Shown piece after piece: positions 17,461 to 25,915 of a stretch of DNA of 64,000 nucleotides. A model generated the notes under the pieces. The model searched no databases. It saw only the letters and a program-made list of their open reading frames with translations, and was not told where the DNA came from. A program made the translations under genes and the position numbers. The DNA lies in the NCBI GenBank assembly GCA_002254565.1, contig NJEG01000015.1, positions 4,726 through 68,725 on the forward strand. Reading direction: 5' to 3'. The stretch's first letter is position 1; each line of letters opens with the position of its first letter. This stretch comes from Candidatus Altiarchaeales archaeon ex4484_2 (GTDB taxonomy: Archaea; Altiarchaeota; Altiarchaeia; IMC4; QMZM01).

Positions 17461-18780
17461 TCACATCCCTATGTTACCGCCCATACGCTTCATCAATCTG
17501 CGGAGCTTTCTCTCATCGCCCATGGACTTCATCATCTTCTTCATTTTCTTATAGTATACTAATAGTTCCCTGACCTCCTCTGGCTTGCTTCCGCTGCCTT
17601 CAGCTACACGCCCCAGGCGGTCTTTTTTGATGATGGACGGATCCTCCATCTCCTTCCCGGTCATGGAGTCCATGATAACCTTCCACCTTTGCATCTTACC
17701 CTCCTGCATATCAAGCATTTCCTTGGGGATTTTAGCCTGAAAAGGCATCAACTCCATAATCTTCTTCATGGAGCCCATCTTCCCAACCTGCTCTATCTGG
17801 GTGTAGACCTCGTTGAGTGTGAATTTCCCTGACATAATCCTCTTAGCGGTTTCCTCGTCTAAGTCAGCCTCCTGAGCTCTCTCCAACAAACCCTCAATAT
17901 CCCCGAAACCAATAAGCCGGGAAACAAAACGCTCTGAATCGAATTCCTCGAAGTCCTCAACATGCTCTCCAACCCCTACGAAATAGACAGGAGCTCCTGT
18001 AGCAGCGCATGCGGAGATTGCGCCCCCGCCCTTGGCTGAACCATCCAGCTTAGTCAGGATAACCCCGTCCACCTGGCTATGCTTCCTGAAGGCCTTCGCC
18101 TGCTCTCCAGCCTGCTGTCCGGTGGTGGCATCCAGGACCAGAAAAGTCTTATCCGGCTTTATTTCAGAACATATCCTACCTATCTCGTCCATCAACTCCT
18201 TGTTCATTTTATGCCTTCCCTCGGAGTCGATGATGATAACACCCTCATCCTTGAATTCCTTCAAGCCGTTTTTTATTATGGAAAGAGAGTTTTTCCCCTC
18301 AGGGCTGCCGTAAAATGGGACGTTTATCTGCTCCGACAGCTGCCTCAGCTGATCGAATGCAGCAAGCCTGAAGGTGTCGGCACAAATCAGTTTAGGGTTT
18401 AAGCCCTTCTTTTTGATGTATCTGGCAAGCTTCGCGGCAGTGGTGGTCTTACCGGAGCCCTGGGTCCCCACCAGAAGGATTCTATCGTTTTCATTTAGCG
18501 GGATTTTCTCCCCGGCACCCAGTAGTTTAACCAGCTCATCATAGGTTATCCTTATAAGATTCTCTCCCCTGGACAAGGCCCCCGGGGGTTTCTCCAGCAA
18601 ACCTCTTTCTTCAATATTCTTTGAGAGCGCAAACACCAGCTCCACATTAACATCAGAGGAGATAAGAGTCTTCTGTATGTCCTTCGTGTACTCCTTCACT
18701 GTTTTCTTGTCTACAACAACCGCCTTCCTCAGACTCGTTACAGCACCCTGCAAACCATCCCTGAGCTTATCTAAAACCAT
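17461..18780 (-). CDS. srp54: signal recognition particle protein SRP54
   Basis: NG domain (GTQGSGKTTTAAKLA, DTFRLAAFDQL, TKLDGSAKGG) and a Met-rich M domain. Confidence 0.95.
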   Translation of the reverse strand: MVLDKLRDGLQGAVTSLRKAVVVDKKTVKEYTKDIQKTLISSDVNVELVFALSKNIEERGLLEKPPGALSRGENLIRITYDELVKLLGAGEKIPLNENDRILLVGTQGSGKTTTAAKLARYIKKKGLNPKLICADTFRLAAFDQLRQLSEQINVPFYGSPEGKNSLSIIKNGLKEFKDEGVIIIDSEGRHKMNKELMDEIGRICSEIKPDKTFLVLDATTGQQAGEQAKAFRKHSQVDGVILTKLDGSAKGGGAISACAATGAPVYFVGVGEHVEDFEEFDSERFVSRLIGFGDIEGLLERAQEADLDEETAKRIMSGKFTLNEVYTQIEQVGKMGSMKKIMELMPFQAKIPKEMLDMQEGKMQRWKVIMDSMTGKEMEDPSIIKKDRLGRVAEGSGSKPEEVRELLVYYKKMKKMMKSMGDERKLRRLMKRMGGNIGM

Positions 18781-18839
18781 TATATATCTATTTAGTCTAT
18801 GTTTTAATAACTATCACCCCCTAAGGATCCCAACAAAAG

Positions 18840-20114
18840 ATGAACAGTCTACATATAGGTCTTGTTTATGCATTATGGTTTTTTGTGACCTTCTTTTTCA
18901 TGGTCAAGAACAGGGATGAATTCTTTAAAGAACCTAAATCGCTAAGTGAAAAAGAAAAGATAACAATACTAGTTCCCGCATTCAACGAAGAAGAAACCAT
19001 AGCCGACACGATAGAATCCATTCTCAGGCTTGAGTATCCCAAAAACCTGCTGGAGATTATCGTGGTAAACGACGGCTCCAGCGACAGATAGAATCCATTC
19101 TCAGGCTTGAGTATCCCAAAAACCTGCTGGAGATTATCGTGGTAAACGACGGCTCCAGCGACAGGACAGGGGAGATAGCGAAGAGGTACTCCGATAAAGG
19201 GAGTATAAGGTTAATAGGGAATCCATGAAGCGAGAGGGGAGTTGATTGCTACAATAGACGCTGACACCGTTATAGAAGGTGATACATTAGAGAAGGTGTG
19301 CGGCTACTTCAGGGAGGAGGATATTGGAGCGGTTATCGTAAGGGTTAGGGTAAAAAACCCCAGTAACTGGCTGGAGAAAATCATCGAGATGGAATATAAC
19401 ATGGGCCTAGGATTCTACCTCAAACTACTCTCCTTCCTCAACTGCCTCTACCTGACACCCGGACAGTTCAGCATATACCGGAAAAGGGTTTTAGAGGATT
19501 TAGATGGCTTCGACGTAAACAACATAGTTGAGGATACTGAAATAGCCTACAGGATGCAGAAAAAGGGATACCGGATAGCCTGCTGCCTCTCAGCTTACGT
19601 TTACACCAAGGTGCCCAACAACGTGCGCTCCTTCTACTACCAGAGAAGGAGATGGTACTCTGGAACCATACAAACAATACTAAAACACAGGGACGTGTTC
19701 TTCAACAGAGAGCTGGGCAACTTCGGGATGTTCTTCATGCCAGTGAACTATGGAGGAATCATCATCGGGACACTACTTTTCCTCTCCACGATATACCTGA
19801 CAGCCCAGACAGTATATGATTATATCATATACTACAGCCTCATAAACTTTGACATCATAGGCTCGACCGTAAACATCATACAGACCGCTGAAATAGACCC
19901 CCTGATGATAAGCATATTCTACTTCCTGGGCATAAGCCCCTTCATAATGAACGCCCTAATCAACTTCTACGCTCTGAGAAAGATGGGTGAAAGCTTCAGG
20001 GAATCCTTCTTCGGATTCATATGCTTCCTGTTCTTTTTCATACCATACAACACCCTCTGGATTATCTGTGCCTATGTAGTAGTAAGAAACAAGCAAATAA
20101 AATGGCGAGAGTAG
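18840..20114 (+). pseudogene. family 2 glycosyltransferase with a multi-TM C-terminus, disrupted by a 77-bp tandem duplication and a second frame break
   Basis: The N-terminus ILVPAFNEEETI...VVNDGSSD runs into a stop created by the duplication. The frame breaks again at ~19215-19240, where the GKA.ALN segment is missing. It then continues as ARGELIATIDADT...EDTEIAYRMQKKGYR. Confidence 0.75.
19011..19164 (+). repeat. exact 77-bp tandem duplication (2 copies) inside the GT2 gene
   Basis: 19011-19087 and 19088-19164 are identical (atagaatccattctcagg...ggctccagcgacag). Confidence 0.95.
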
Positions 20115-20830
20115 ACCTTAAGACGATAATACAGGCGGCCATCCTCACCCTAGCAATATTCGTGAGCATATATTTCCTGAACACGATAATGGAAGGCAAG
20201 CGAGAGAAAACAATAACCAGCAGGATGGATGAAATAATATCCGACTTCGGGGAGATAGAGACCACCTACTACCTGATGGAATACATGCAAGAAAAAAGGG
20301 AATTAAGAAACAACACCTGCCAGGTGATGAGAAAAGAGCTTGAGTATCTGGAAGGCAAGCTCTGGAAGCTGGATATGAAAATCAGAGACTACCGGCAGGT
20401 TACGAAAGACTTCATGAACGACGAATTCTACATAAGAGAGAAGGCCCACCTAAACAGGCGCGAGATTATACACTTCACCATGCTGGAGAGGATGAAGGAA
20501 AAATGCAACTACAGGCACCTTATAATACTATACTTCTACGGCGAATGCGACGTGAACAAGCAATGCGACGACCAAGGTTTCGTATTGACTTACATAAACC
20601 AGCAGATAGACCCCGAAATCAGCATCTTCTCCTTCGACATGGATCTAGGGCTTTCTTCTGTTAACGCACTAGCTGAGATATACAACGTCACAGAACTCCC
20701 CTGCATAGTGGTTGAAGGAAAAGCATACTGCGGAATGCACAACAGGGCCGAGATAACGGACATACTCTGCAGACACGGTAACGTCTCCATCTGCAGCGGT
20801 GAGCAGATTATTAATGCTGAATCCACATAA
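20102..20830 (+). CDS. hypothetical single-pass membrane protein with Cys pairs (possibly a thioredoxin-like fold)
   Basis: The ORF probably starts at MARVDLKTIIQAAILTLAIFVSIYFL. It carries GECDVNKQCDD and PCIVVEGKAYCG motifs. I cannot assign a family. Confidence 0.4.
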   Translation: MARVDLKTIIQAAILTLAIFVSIYFLNTIMEGKREKTITSRMDEIISDFGEIETTYYLMEYMQEKRELRNNTCQVMRKELEYLEGKLWKLDMKIRDYRQVTKDFMNDEFYIREKAHLNRREIIHFTMLERMKEKCNYRHLIILYFYGECDVNKQCDDQGFVLTYINQQIDPEISIFSFDMDLGLSSVNALAEIYNVTELPCIVVEGKAYCGMHNRAEITDILCRHGNVSICSGEQIINAEST

Positions 20831-21989
20831 TCAATTAAAGACGAAAATGATTGAATTAATCCTATCTCTCTTTTTTATAGCGATGATATTACTATATACC
20901 TCATGGCTCATACTGGTGCTCATGCCTAGAAAAGAGATACGCGGTGAAACCACTTACCCTCATCTTTCGGTCATACTACCAGCACACAACGAATCCCACA
21001 TCATAAGGGAGACACTCAACGCCCTTTTCAGGACGGAATACCCCGGCAGCAGGGAGATTATTGTGGTAAACGACGGCTCCACAGACGGGACGCGGGAGAT
21101 ACTTAAAGAACTGGCCCTAAAGAATAAAAGCCTGAGATATACCAACACAAACCACTTAGGTAAGGCGAACGCCCTAAACGAAGGAGTTAAGAACGCTAAG
21201 GGAGAAATTATCGTCTCCCTGGATGCGGACTCGAAGGGGTGGAGGTATGCCCTCAACAGAGCTAATTCCACATACATCTTCCCTGGTTTTGCAGCATATC
21301 GGAGGGAAGCCCTTAAGGCTGTAGGCGGGTTCAAGGAAGACACCCTGGCTGAGGACTTCGACATAGGAGTCAGACTCAGAAAGAAAGGCTACAGGCTGGT
21401 GATGTCTAATGCTGTGATATACACCAAAATGCCTGAGACCCTGAGAGGCCTTATGAGACAGAGGATGAGGTGGGGCAGGGGGACGCTCCAAGTGATAAAG
21501 AAACACCCTGATGTTCCGTTCAACAAAAGTTATGGAGCAACTGGCATTTATGGCATACCCTCCCAGATGTACTGGTTCCTCCATAGTTTCGTGGTAATAC
21601 CCTTAACATTCTACCAGGTCTTCGAAGGCTACCTTAGATGGTTTGTAAACTACAACGATTATCTGTCCATGAACGTCGCTAAGTACATTTTCAACTGGTT
21701 CTCGGTTTATGGGATGATAGATTACACGCAGAAGACGCTTACAGGCCAGTACGAGTTCACCCACCTCTTCCTGTTGTCCCTAGTCGTATTCCTCCTAGGT
21801 TTACTGTACAGCATCGCAGTTATCTCCAGAGTATCGAGGATGCATTTAAGGTATCTTTTCGTGATATTCTTCTTTTTCCCGTATTCCGTGTTTACTCTGG
21901 CATCCTACAGCTTCCCCTTGATTATAGAGCTGTTCCCCCACCGAAGGGAATCCAGCGTCAGGGTGAATGTATGGGAGAAGAACAGATAA
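20799..21989 (+). CDS. family 2 glycosyltransferase with a multi-TM C-terminus, paralog of 18840..20114. The likely true start is M at 20847.
   Basis: SVILPAHNE, VVNDGSTDGT, LGKANALNEG, LDADS and EDFDIGVRLRKKGYR motifs. Confidence 0.7.
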   Translation: MSRLLMLNPHNQLKTKMIELILSLFFIAMILLYTSWLILVLMPRKEIRGETTYPHLSVILPAHNESHIIRETLNALFRTEYPGSREIIVVNDGSTDGTREILKELALKNKSLRYTNTNHLGKANALNEGVKNAKGEIIVSLDADSKGWRYALNRANSTYIFPGFAAYRREALKAVGGFKEDTLAEDFDIGVRLRKKGYRLVMSNAVIYTKMPETLRGLMRQRMRWGRGTLQVIKKHPDVPFNKSYGATGIYGIPSQMYWFLHSFVVIPLTFYQVFEGYLRWFVNYNDYLSMNVAKYIFNWFSVYGMIDYTQKTLTGQYEFTHLFLLSLVVFLLGLLYSIAVISRVSRMHLRYLFVIFFFFPYSVFTLASYSFPLIIELFPHRRESSVRVNVWEKNR

Positions 21990-21990
21990 A

Positions 21991-22599
21991 ATGGAGACCA
22001 GCTATTTTTTTGAGGTGAAGAGACAACTGGTGCATTTAATAGTTGGAGTATGCATAACCTTCGGAGTCTATGTCTTAGAGCCGCTGGTAGGTAAAGTGAT
22101 TGTGCTGCCTTTGATGCTCTCGGTGGTGGTTATGCTCGTACTCCCTAGGATAGGGGGGGAACTGAAGGTACACAACCACCTGCTCGTCCACTTTGAAAGG
22201 CCCAAGGATATACGAAGTTTACCCTACAGGGGGGCGATATTCTATTGTCTGGGGATTACGCCAGCCATCCTCTTACTGGATATTAACACCGCCTGCGCAA
22301 TAATAGCCATATTAAGCATAGGGGACTCCACCTCCACAATAGTAGGTAGAAAATACGGGAGACACCGGATAGGGCATAAGAGCATTGAGGGATCCATTGC
22401 CTTCGTATTCTCCTCCTTCTTCGGCGCACTGTTTTTCCTGCCAGATGACCTGATTAAGGCGGCCGTGTTCGCACTACTGGGCGGCCTGACGGAATTATCC
22501 AACATCCGACACGACCACCTACTACTGGATGATAATCTCCTGGTGCCCATAGCGTTGACCCTGGTTGCATTACTAACCCGGATACCTCCATTTATGTAA
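21991..22599 (+). CDS. polyprenol (dolichol) kinase-like / CdsA-superfamily membrane protein
   Basis: Multi-TM protein with SIGDSTSTIVGRKYGRHRIGHKSIEGSIAF, which resembles the CTP-transferase/dolichol kinase motif. Confidence 0.5.
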   Translation: METSYFFEVKRQLVHLIVGVCITFGVYVLEPLVGKVIVLPLMLSVVVMLVLPRIGGELKVHNHLLVHFERPKDIRSLPYRGAIFYCLGITPAILLLDINTACAIIAILSIGDSTSTIVGRKYGRHRIGHKSIEGSIAFVFSSFFGALFFLPDDLIKAAVFALLGGLTELSNIRHDHLLLDDNLLVPIALTLVALLTRIPPFM

Positions 22600-22629
22600 A
22601 CCTAATACAAAATATTTTAATCGGGTTCA

Positions 22630-22704
22630 GGGCCCGTAGCCTAGTCTGGATAGGGCACCGGACTTCTAATCCGGAGATCGTGGGTTCGAATCCCGCCGGG
22701 TCCG
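22630..22704 (+). tRNA. tRNA-Arg (TCT)
   Basis: GGGCCCGTAGCCTAGTCTGGATAGGGCACCGGACTTCTAATCCGGAGATCGTGGGTTCGAATCCCGCCGGGTCCG folds as a cloverleaf with anticodon loop CTTCTAA. Confidence 0.9.
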
Positions 22705-22772
22705 CTCCGCCCTTTCTTTTGTAAAAGAAAGGGTAGGTTACCCAAAGAAAACAATTACTTTGGGAAAAAAGT

Positions 22773-22861
22773 AAGGATCGGATGGGTTGCCTTTCCTGGT
22801 CAGGAGACTGGGTATAAGGGTGGGGAAAGCACCCTTACCTAGCAATCCCATCGGGTCCGCT
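22773..22861 (+). other. structured tRNA-linked module A. It ends in a second, 16/18-identical copy of the tRNA-Arg 3' end.
   Basis: Starts with AAGGATCGGATGGGTTG. Contains the hairpin AAGGGTG-GGGAAAG-CACCCTT. Ends with CCCTTA...AATCCCATCGGGTCCGCT, versus AATCCCGCCGGGTCCGCT in the tRNA. Confidence 0.6.
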
Positions 22862-22934
22862 ATCAAGCCCTTATCCCACCAGGGGGACTTAGAAAAGGCT
22901 TGATCCAAAAAAAAGAAAAAATAGGTGGTTTAGC

Positions 22935-24089
22935 ATGTTGGATAGGAGAGTTGTGTTCGATAACCTGAGAAGATATGATTTAGGTAAAGTCAAGGTTGGT
23001 GTGTTAGCCTCTCACTCGGCCCTGGATGTGGCTGATGGGGCAATAGAGGAAGGATTCAGGACTAAACTCTACTGCCAAAAAGGCAGAGAGAAAACATACA
23101 CGGACTACTTTAAATCCAGAAGAGTGAACGGGAAAGTGGTTAGGGGTGTGGTGGATGAATACAGGGTCTACGACAGATTCAAGGAGATAATGGAGGAAAA
23201 AGAGCAGGAGAATATGCTGGGAGAGAATATCCTGTTCGTGCCAAACCGGTCCTTCACATCATATGTAGACCTCACCAGGATAGAGGATGAATTCAGGATT
23301 CCAATGGTGGGCAGCAGGAACCTTCTCAGGAGCGAGGAGAGAGGTGAGGAAAAAGATTACTACTGGCTGCTGGAGAAAGCAGACCTCCCATACCCCAAAA
23401 GAATAGACGACCCGGTAGATATAGACGAGCTGGTGGTGGTGAAAATGCACCACGCGAAGAAGAAACTAGAGCGGGGATTTTTCACAGCCGCAAGCTATGA
23501 GGAATACAAGGAGAAATCAGGTAAGCTGCTGGATCAGGGTGTCATAACAGATGAACTACTAAAGAACGCGAGAATAGAGGAATACATCATCGGGCCAGTT
23601 TTCAACTTCGACTTCTTTTACTCGCCCATAGAGCAGGAGATGAACCCAATAGAGCTTTTGGGGGTGGACTGGCGCTTTGAGACCTCGCTGGACGGCCACG
23701 TCAGATTGCCTGCAACACAACAGTTAACCTTGAATGATAAGCAAAAAGTGCCAGAGTATACGGTATGCGGGCACAACACCGCAACAGTGAGGGAGAGCCT
23801 GCTGGAGAAGGGCTTCCAGCTTGCTGAGAAATACGTTAAGGCCACAAAGGAGTACTATAAGCCAGGGATTATCGGACCGTTCTGCCTTCAGACCTGTGTT
23901 GATAAAGACAATAACTTTTTCATATATGACGTAGCCCCACGGGTGGGGGGAGGTACAAACGTCCACATGTCAGTGGGTCATCCATACAGTAACACACTAT
24001 GGAGGACTAATGTTTCAACAGGCAGGAGGCTGGCTATGGAAATAAAGAGGGCTATAAAGGAGGATAGGGTGGAGGAGATAGTCACCTGA
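22935..24089 (+). CDS. purP: FAICAR synthetase PurP (5-formaminoimidazole-4-carboxamide ribonucleotide synthetase)
   Basis: ATP-grasp PurP family (VLASHSALDV, FVPNRSF, IIGPFCLQ). Confidence 0.85.
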   Translation: MLDRRVVFDNLRRYDLGKVKVGVLASHSALDVADGAIEEGFRTKLYCQKGREKTYTDYFKSRRVNGKVVRGVVDEYRVYDRFKEIMEEKEQENMLGENILFVPNRSFTSYVDLTRIEDEFRIPMVGSRNLLRSEERGEEKDYYWLLEKADLPYPKRIDDPVDIDELVVVKMHHAKKKLERGFFTAASYEEYKEKSGKLLDQGVITDELLKNARIEEYIIGPVFNFDFFYSPIEQEMNPIELLGVDWRFETSLDGHVRLPATQQLTLNDKQKVPEYTVCGHNTATVRESLLEKGFQLAEKYVKATKEYYKPGIIGPFCLQTCVDKDNNFFIYDVAPRVGGGTNVHMSVGHPYSNTLWRTNVSTGRRLAMEIKRAIKEDRVEEIVT

Positions 24090-24096
24090 GCAAGAA

Positions 24097-25170
24097 ATGG
24101 TTACCATAGGGGATATAGGTGAGGTCCTGGAGGGGTATGATCCAGATAATATAGAGATATGTACCTTGGGCAGTCATACCGCGTTGCAGATTACGAAGGG
24201 GGCAAGAGATGAAGGCTTCCGCAACCTACTGATATGCACCGAGAAATCAGCTAGATTCTATAGGCGTTGGCCTGTGGTGGATGACATAATAATAGTAGAC
24301 CACTACAGGGACATCCTAGACCAGGAAATGCAGGATATGCTACTTGCGAGGAATGCCGTTCTAATACCACACGGCTCATTTATAGAGTATGTTGGCGCAA
24401 AAAACATCATAGAAAAGCTGAAGGTTCCCATGTTAGGTAACAGAATGGTTCTTGAGTGGGAGTCCAACAGGAAGAAAGAAAAGAAGTGGTTAAAGAAATC
24501 AGCTTTGAAAATCCCGGGAGAATTCAAATCCCCGAAAGACATAGACAAACTGGTTATCATAAAATTCCCTGGAGCGAAAGGTGGGGAAGGATATTTCCTG
24601 GCTAAAGACGAGGAGGAATTCCATAGAAAGCTGGAAAAGATAAACCTGCCTGAGGATGTGAAAAAGGAATACACCATCCAGGAGTACGTTATAGGCACCA
24701 GGTTTTATCCACACTTTTTTTACTCTCCACTGGATGATGAGGTAGAGCTTTTGGGGATGGACATCAGGTACGAGTCCAACATAGACGGTCTTGCGAGGCT
24801 GCCTAATGTCATCCAGAAAGAGGTTGATGTTGAGCCATTGTATGTTGTCACAGGGAATCTGCCGGTTATACTGCGGGAGTCACTCCTGCCTGATCTGATG
24901 AAATTGGGCCGGAACCTTGTGGAATCATCCAAGAAGCTTTTTAAACCCGGGCTCATAGGGCCCTTTTGCGTGGAGATGATATGCACTCCAGAGCTGGAGT
25001 TCGTATGTTTCGAGATATCAGCGAGGATTGTTGCAGGAACCAACCTGTTCATACACGGATCAACCTACTCCAAGATACTTTATGATGAACCGATGAGCTG
25101 TGGCAGAAGAATCTGTAGGGAAATCAAAACAGCAGGGGAAAGAAATAAATTAGATAAAGTAGTATATTAG
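24097..25170 (+). CDS. purP: PurP paralog
   Basis: Same family (TLGSHTALQI, LIPHGSFIEY, LIGPFCVE), in tandem with the first copy. Confidence 0.8.
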   Translation: MVTIGDIGEVLEGYDPDNIEICTLGSHTALQITKGARDEGFRNLLICTEKSARFYRRWPVVDDIIIVDHYRDILDQEMQDMLLARNAVLIPHGSFIEYVGAKNIIEKLKVPMLGNRMVLEWESNRKKEKKWLKKSALKIPGEFKSPKDIDKLVIIKFPGAKGGEGYFLAKDEEEFHRKLEKINLPEDVKKEYTIQEYVIGTRFYPHFFYSPLDDEVELLGMDIRYESNIDGLARLPNVIQKEVDVEPLYVVTGNLPVILRESLLPDLMKLGRNLVESSKKLFKPGLIGPFCVEMICTPELEFVCFEISARIVAGTNLFIHGSTYSKILYDEPMSCGRRICREIKTAGERNKLDKVVY

Positions 25171-25175
25171 ATAAT

Positions 25176-25418
25176 ATGGCATCATCAAAGGATCGGGTTG
25201 CTATCCGGCTGGATGTTATAGCAGACATAATAAAACACCTGGATGAGGATGAGGAACTGCAGGAAATATTTGGGAGACCGGTCTCTAAGTCTCTGATTAT
25301 AGTAGCAGACAACAATGATCTAAGAATAGAGGAAGGTGGTGGGAAAGAGCTGAGTGAGAAGGAGAGTGAGAAGTTTCTTGAAGTCCTCAATAAAGCCGTT
25401 AAGAGATATACCACATAA
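25176..25418 (+). CDS. hypothetical small acidic protein
   Basis: ORF only. It is tightly spaced after purP. Confidence 0.3.
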   Translation: MASSKDRVAIRLDVIADIIKHLDEDEELQEIFGRPVSKSLIIVADNNDLRIEEGGGKELSEKESEKFLEVLNKAVKRYTT

Positions 25419-25430
25419 ACTGTTTACAGA

Positions 25431-25706
25431 ATGAAGGAGACTAGAGAAGGTATTCTTGTCGATGTGAAGGTTATACCAAATGCTACCAAAGAGGGTTTGT
25501 TCTATGACCCTGCCAAGAACTTATTAAAGATTAAGGTTTCCAAACCCCCCATAAAGGGCAAAGCCAACAAGAGAGTTATCGAGTTGGTTACTAAAGCACT
25601 AGGGGAATGCGAGATAATATCGGGGGGTAAAAGAAGGGAAAAAACCCTTTTATTAAAGAACACAACACCCGAAGAGTTCAGGGAAAAAATAGATTTCATT
25701 ATTTAA
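25431..25706 (+). CDS. DUF167 (YggU/UPF0235) family protein
   Basis: VKVIPNATKEG...LKIKVSKPPIKGKANKRVIELV pattern. Confidence 0.7.
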   Translation: MKETREGILVDVKVIPNATKEGLFYDPAKNLLKIKVSKPPIKGKANKRVIELVTKALGECEIISGGKRREKTLLLKNTTPEEFREKIDFII

Positions 25707-25915
25707 TAAGAAAATCTATATATCTATAGTTAGAAGGGATTATAGATTATATCACACTTACCAGTCAAGAACAAACATACTCCAAATGTATTCACGAAAT
25801 AACCAATGAATGCATAAGCAGGGGGCTTTACAGCACCCATATTTTCTGGAGTAAACCATGTCTTGAGCAGTGGATGTAATCTGTTTTTCAGTATTTTTTT
25901 GATGAGGTGATTTAA

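Noticed and set aside
20021-20101. The N-terminal extension of ORF 20021..20830 (MLPVLFHTIQHPLDYLCLCSSKKQANK...), and likewise the extensions 35354..35440, 36347..36379, 51670..52692 and 30538..30552.
   Set aside because: These extensions overlap the 3' ends of the preceding genes. Internal methionines immediately after the upstream stop give the conserved N-termini (MARVDL, MMHDL, MSVEEN, MKSII, MAVVRK).
22705-22915. SRP (7S) RNA or RNase P RNA downstream of tRNA-Arg. This was considered because archaeal 7S RNA genes are often tRNA-linked and srp54 is nearby.
   Set aside because: The structured region is only ~200 nt long. I cannot find the conserved helix-8 motif (GGAAG...AGCAGCC-type asymmetric loop with a GNRA tetraloop) or any RNase P CR-I to CR-V elements.
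25707-25915. A box C/D sRNA or other ncRNA in the 209-nt gap upstream of dnaG.
   Set aside because: There is only weak resemblance to C/D boxes (AATGAATG, CTGG) and no convincing C, D', C', D arrangement or terminal stem. The region is more simply a promoter and 5' UTR.
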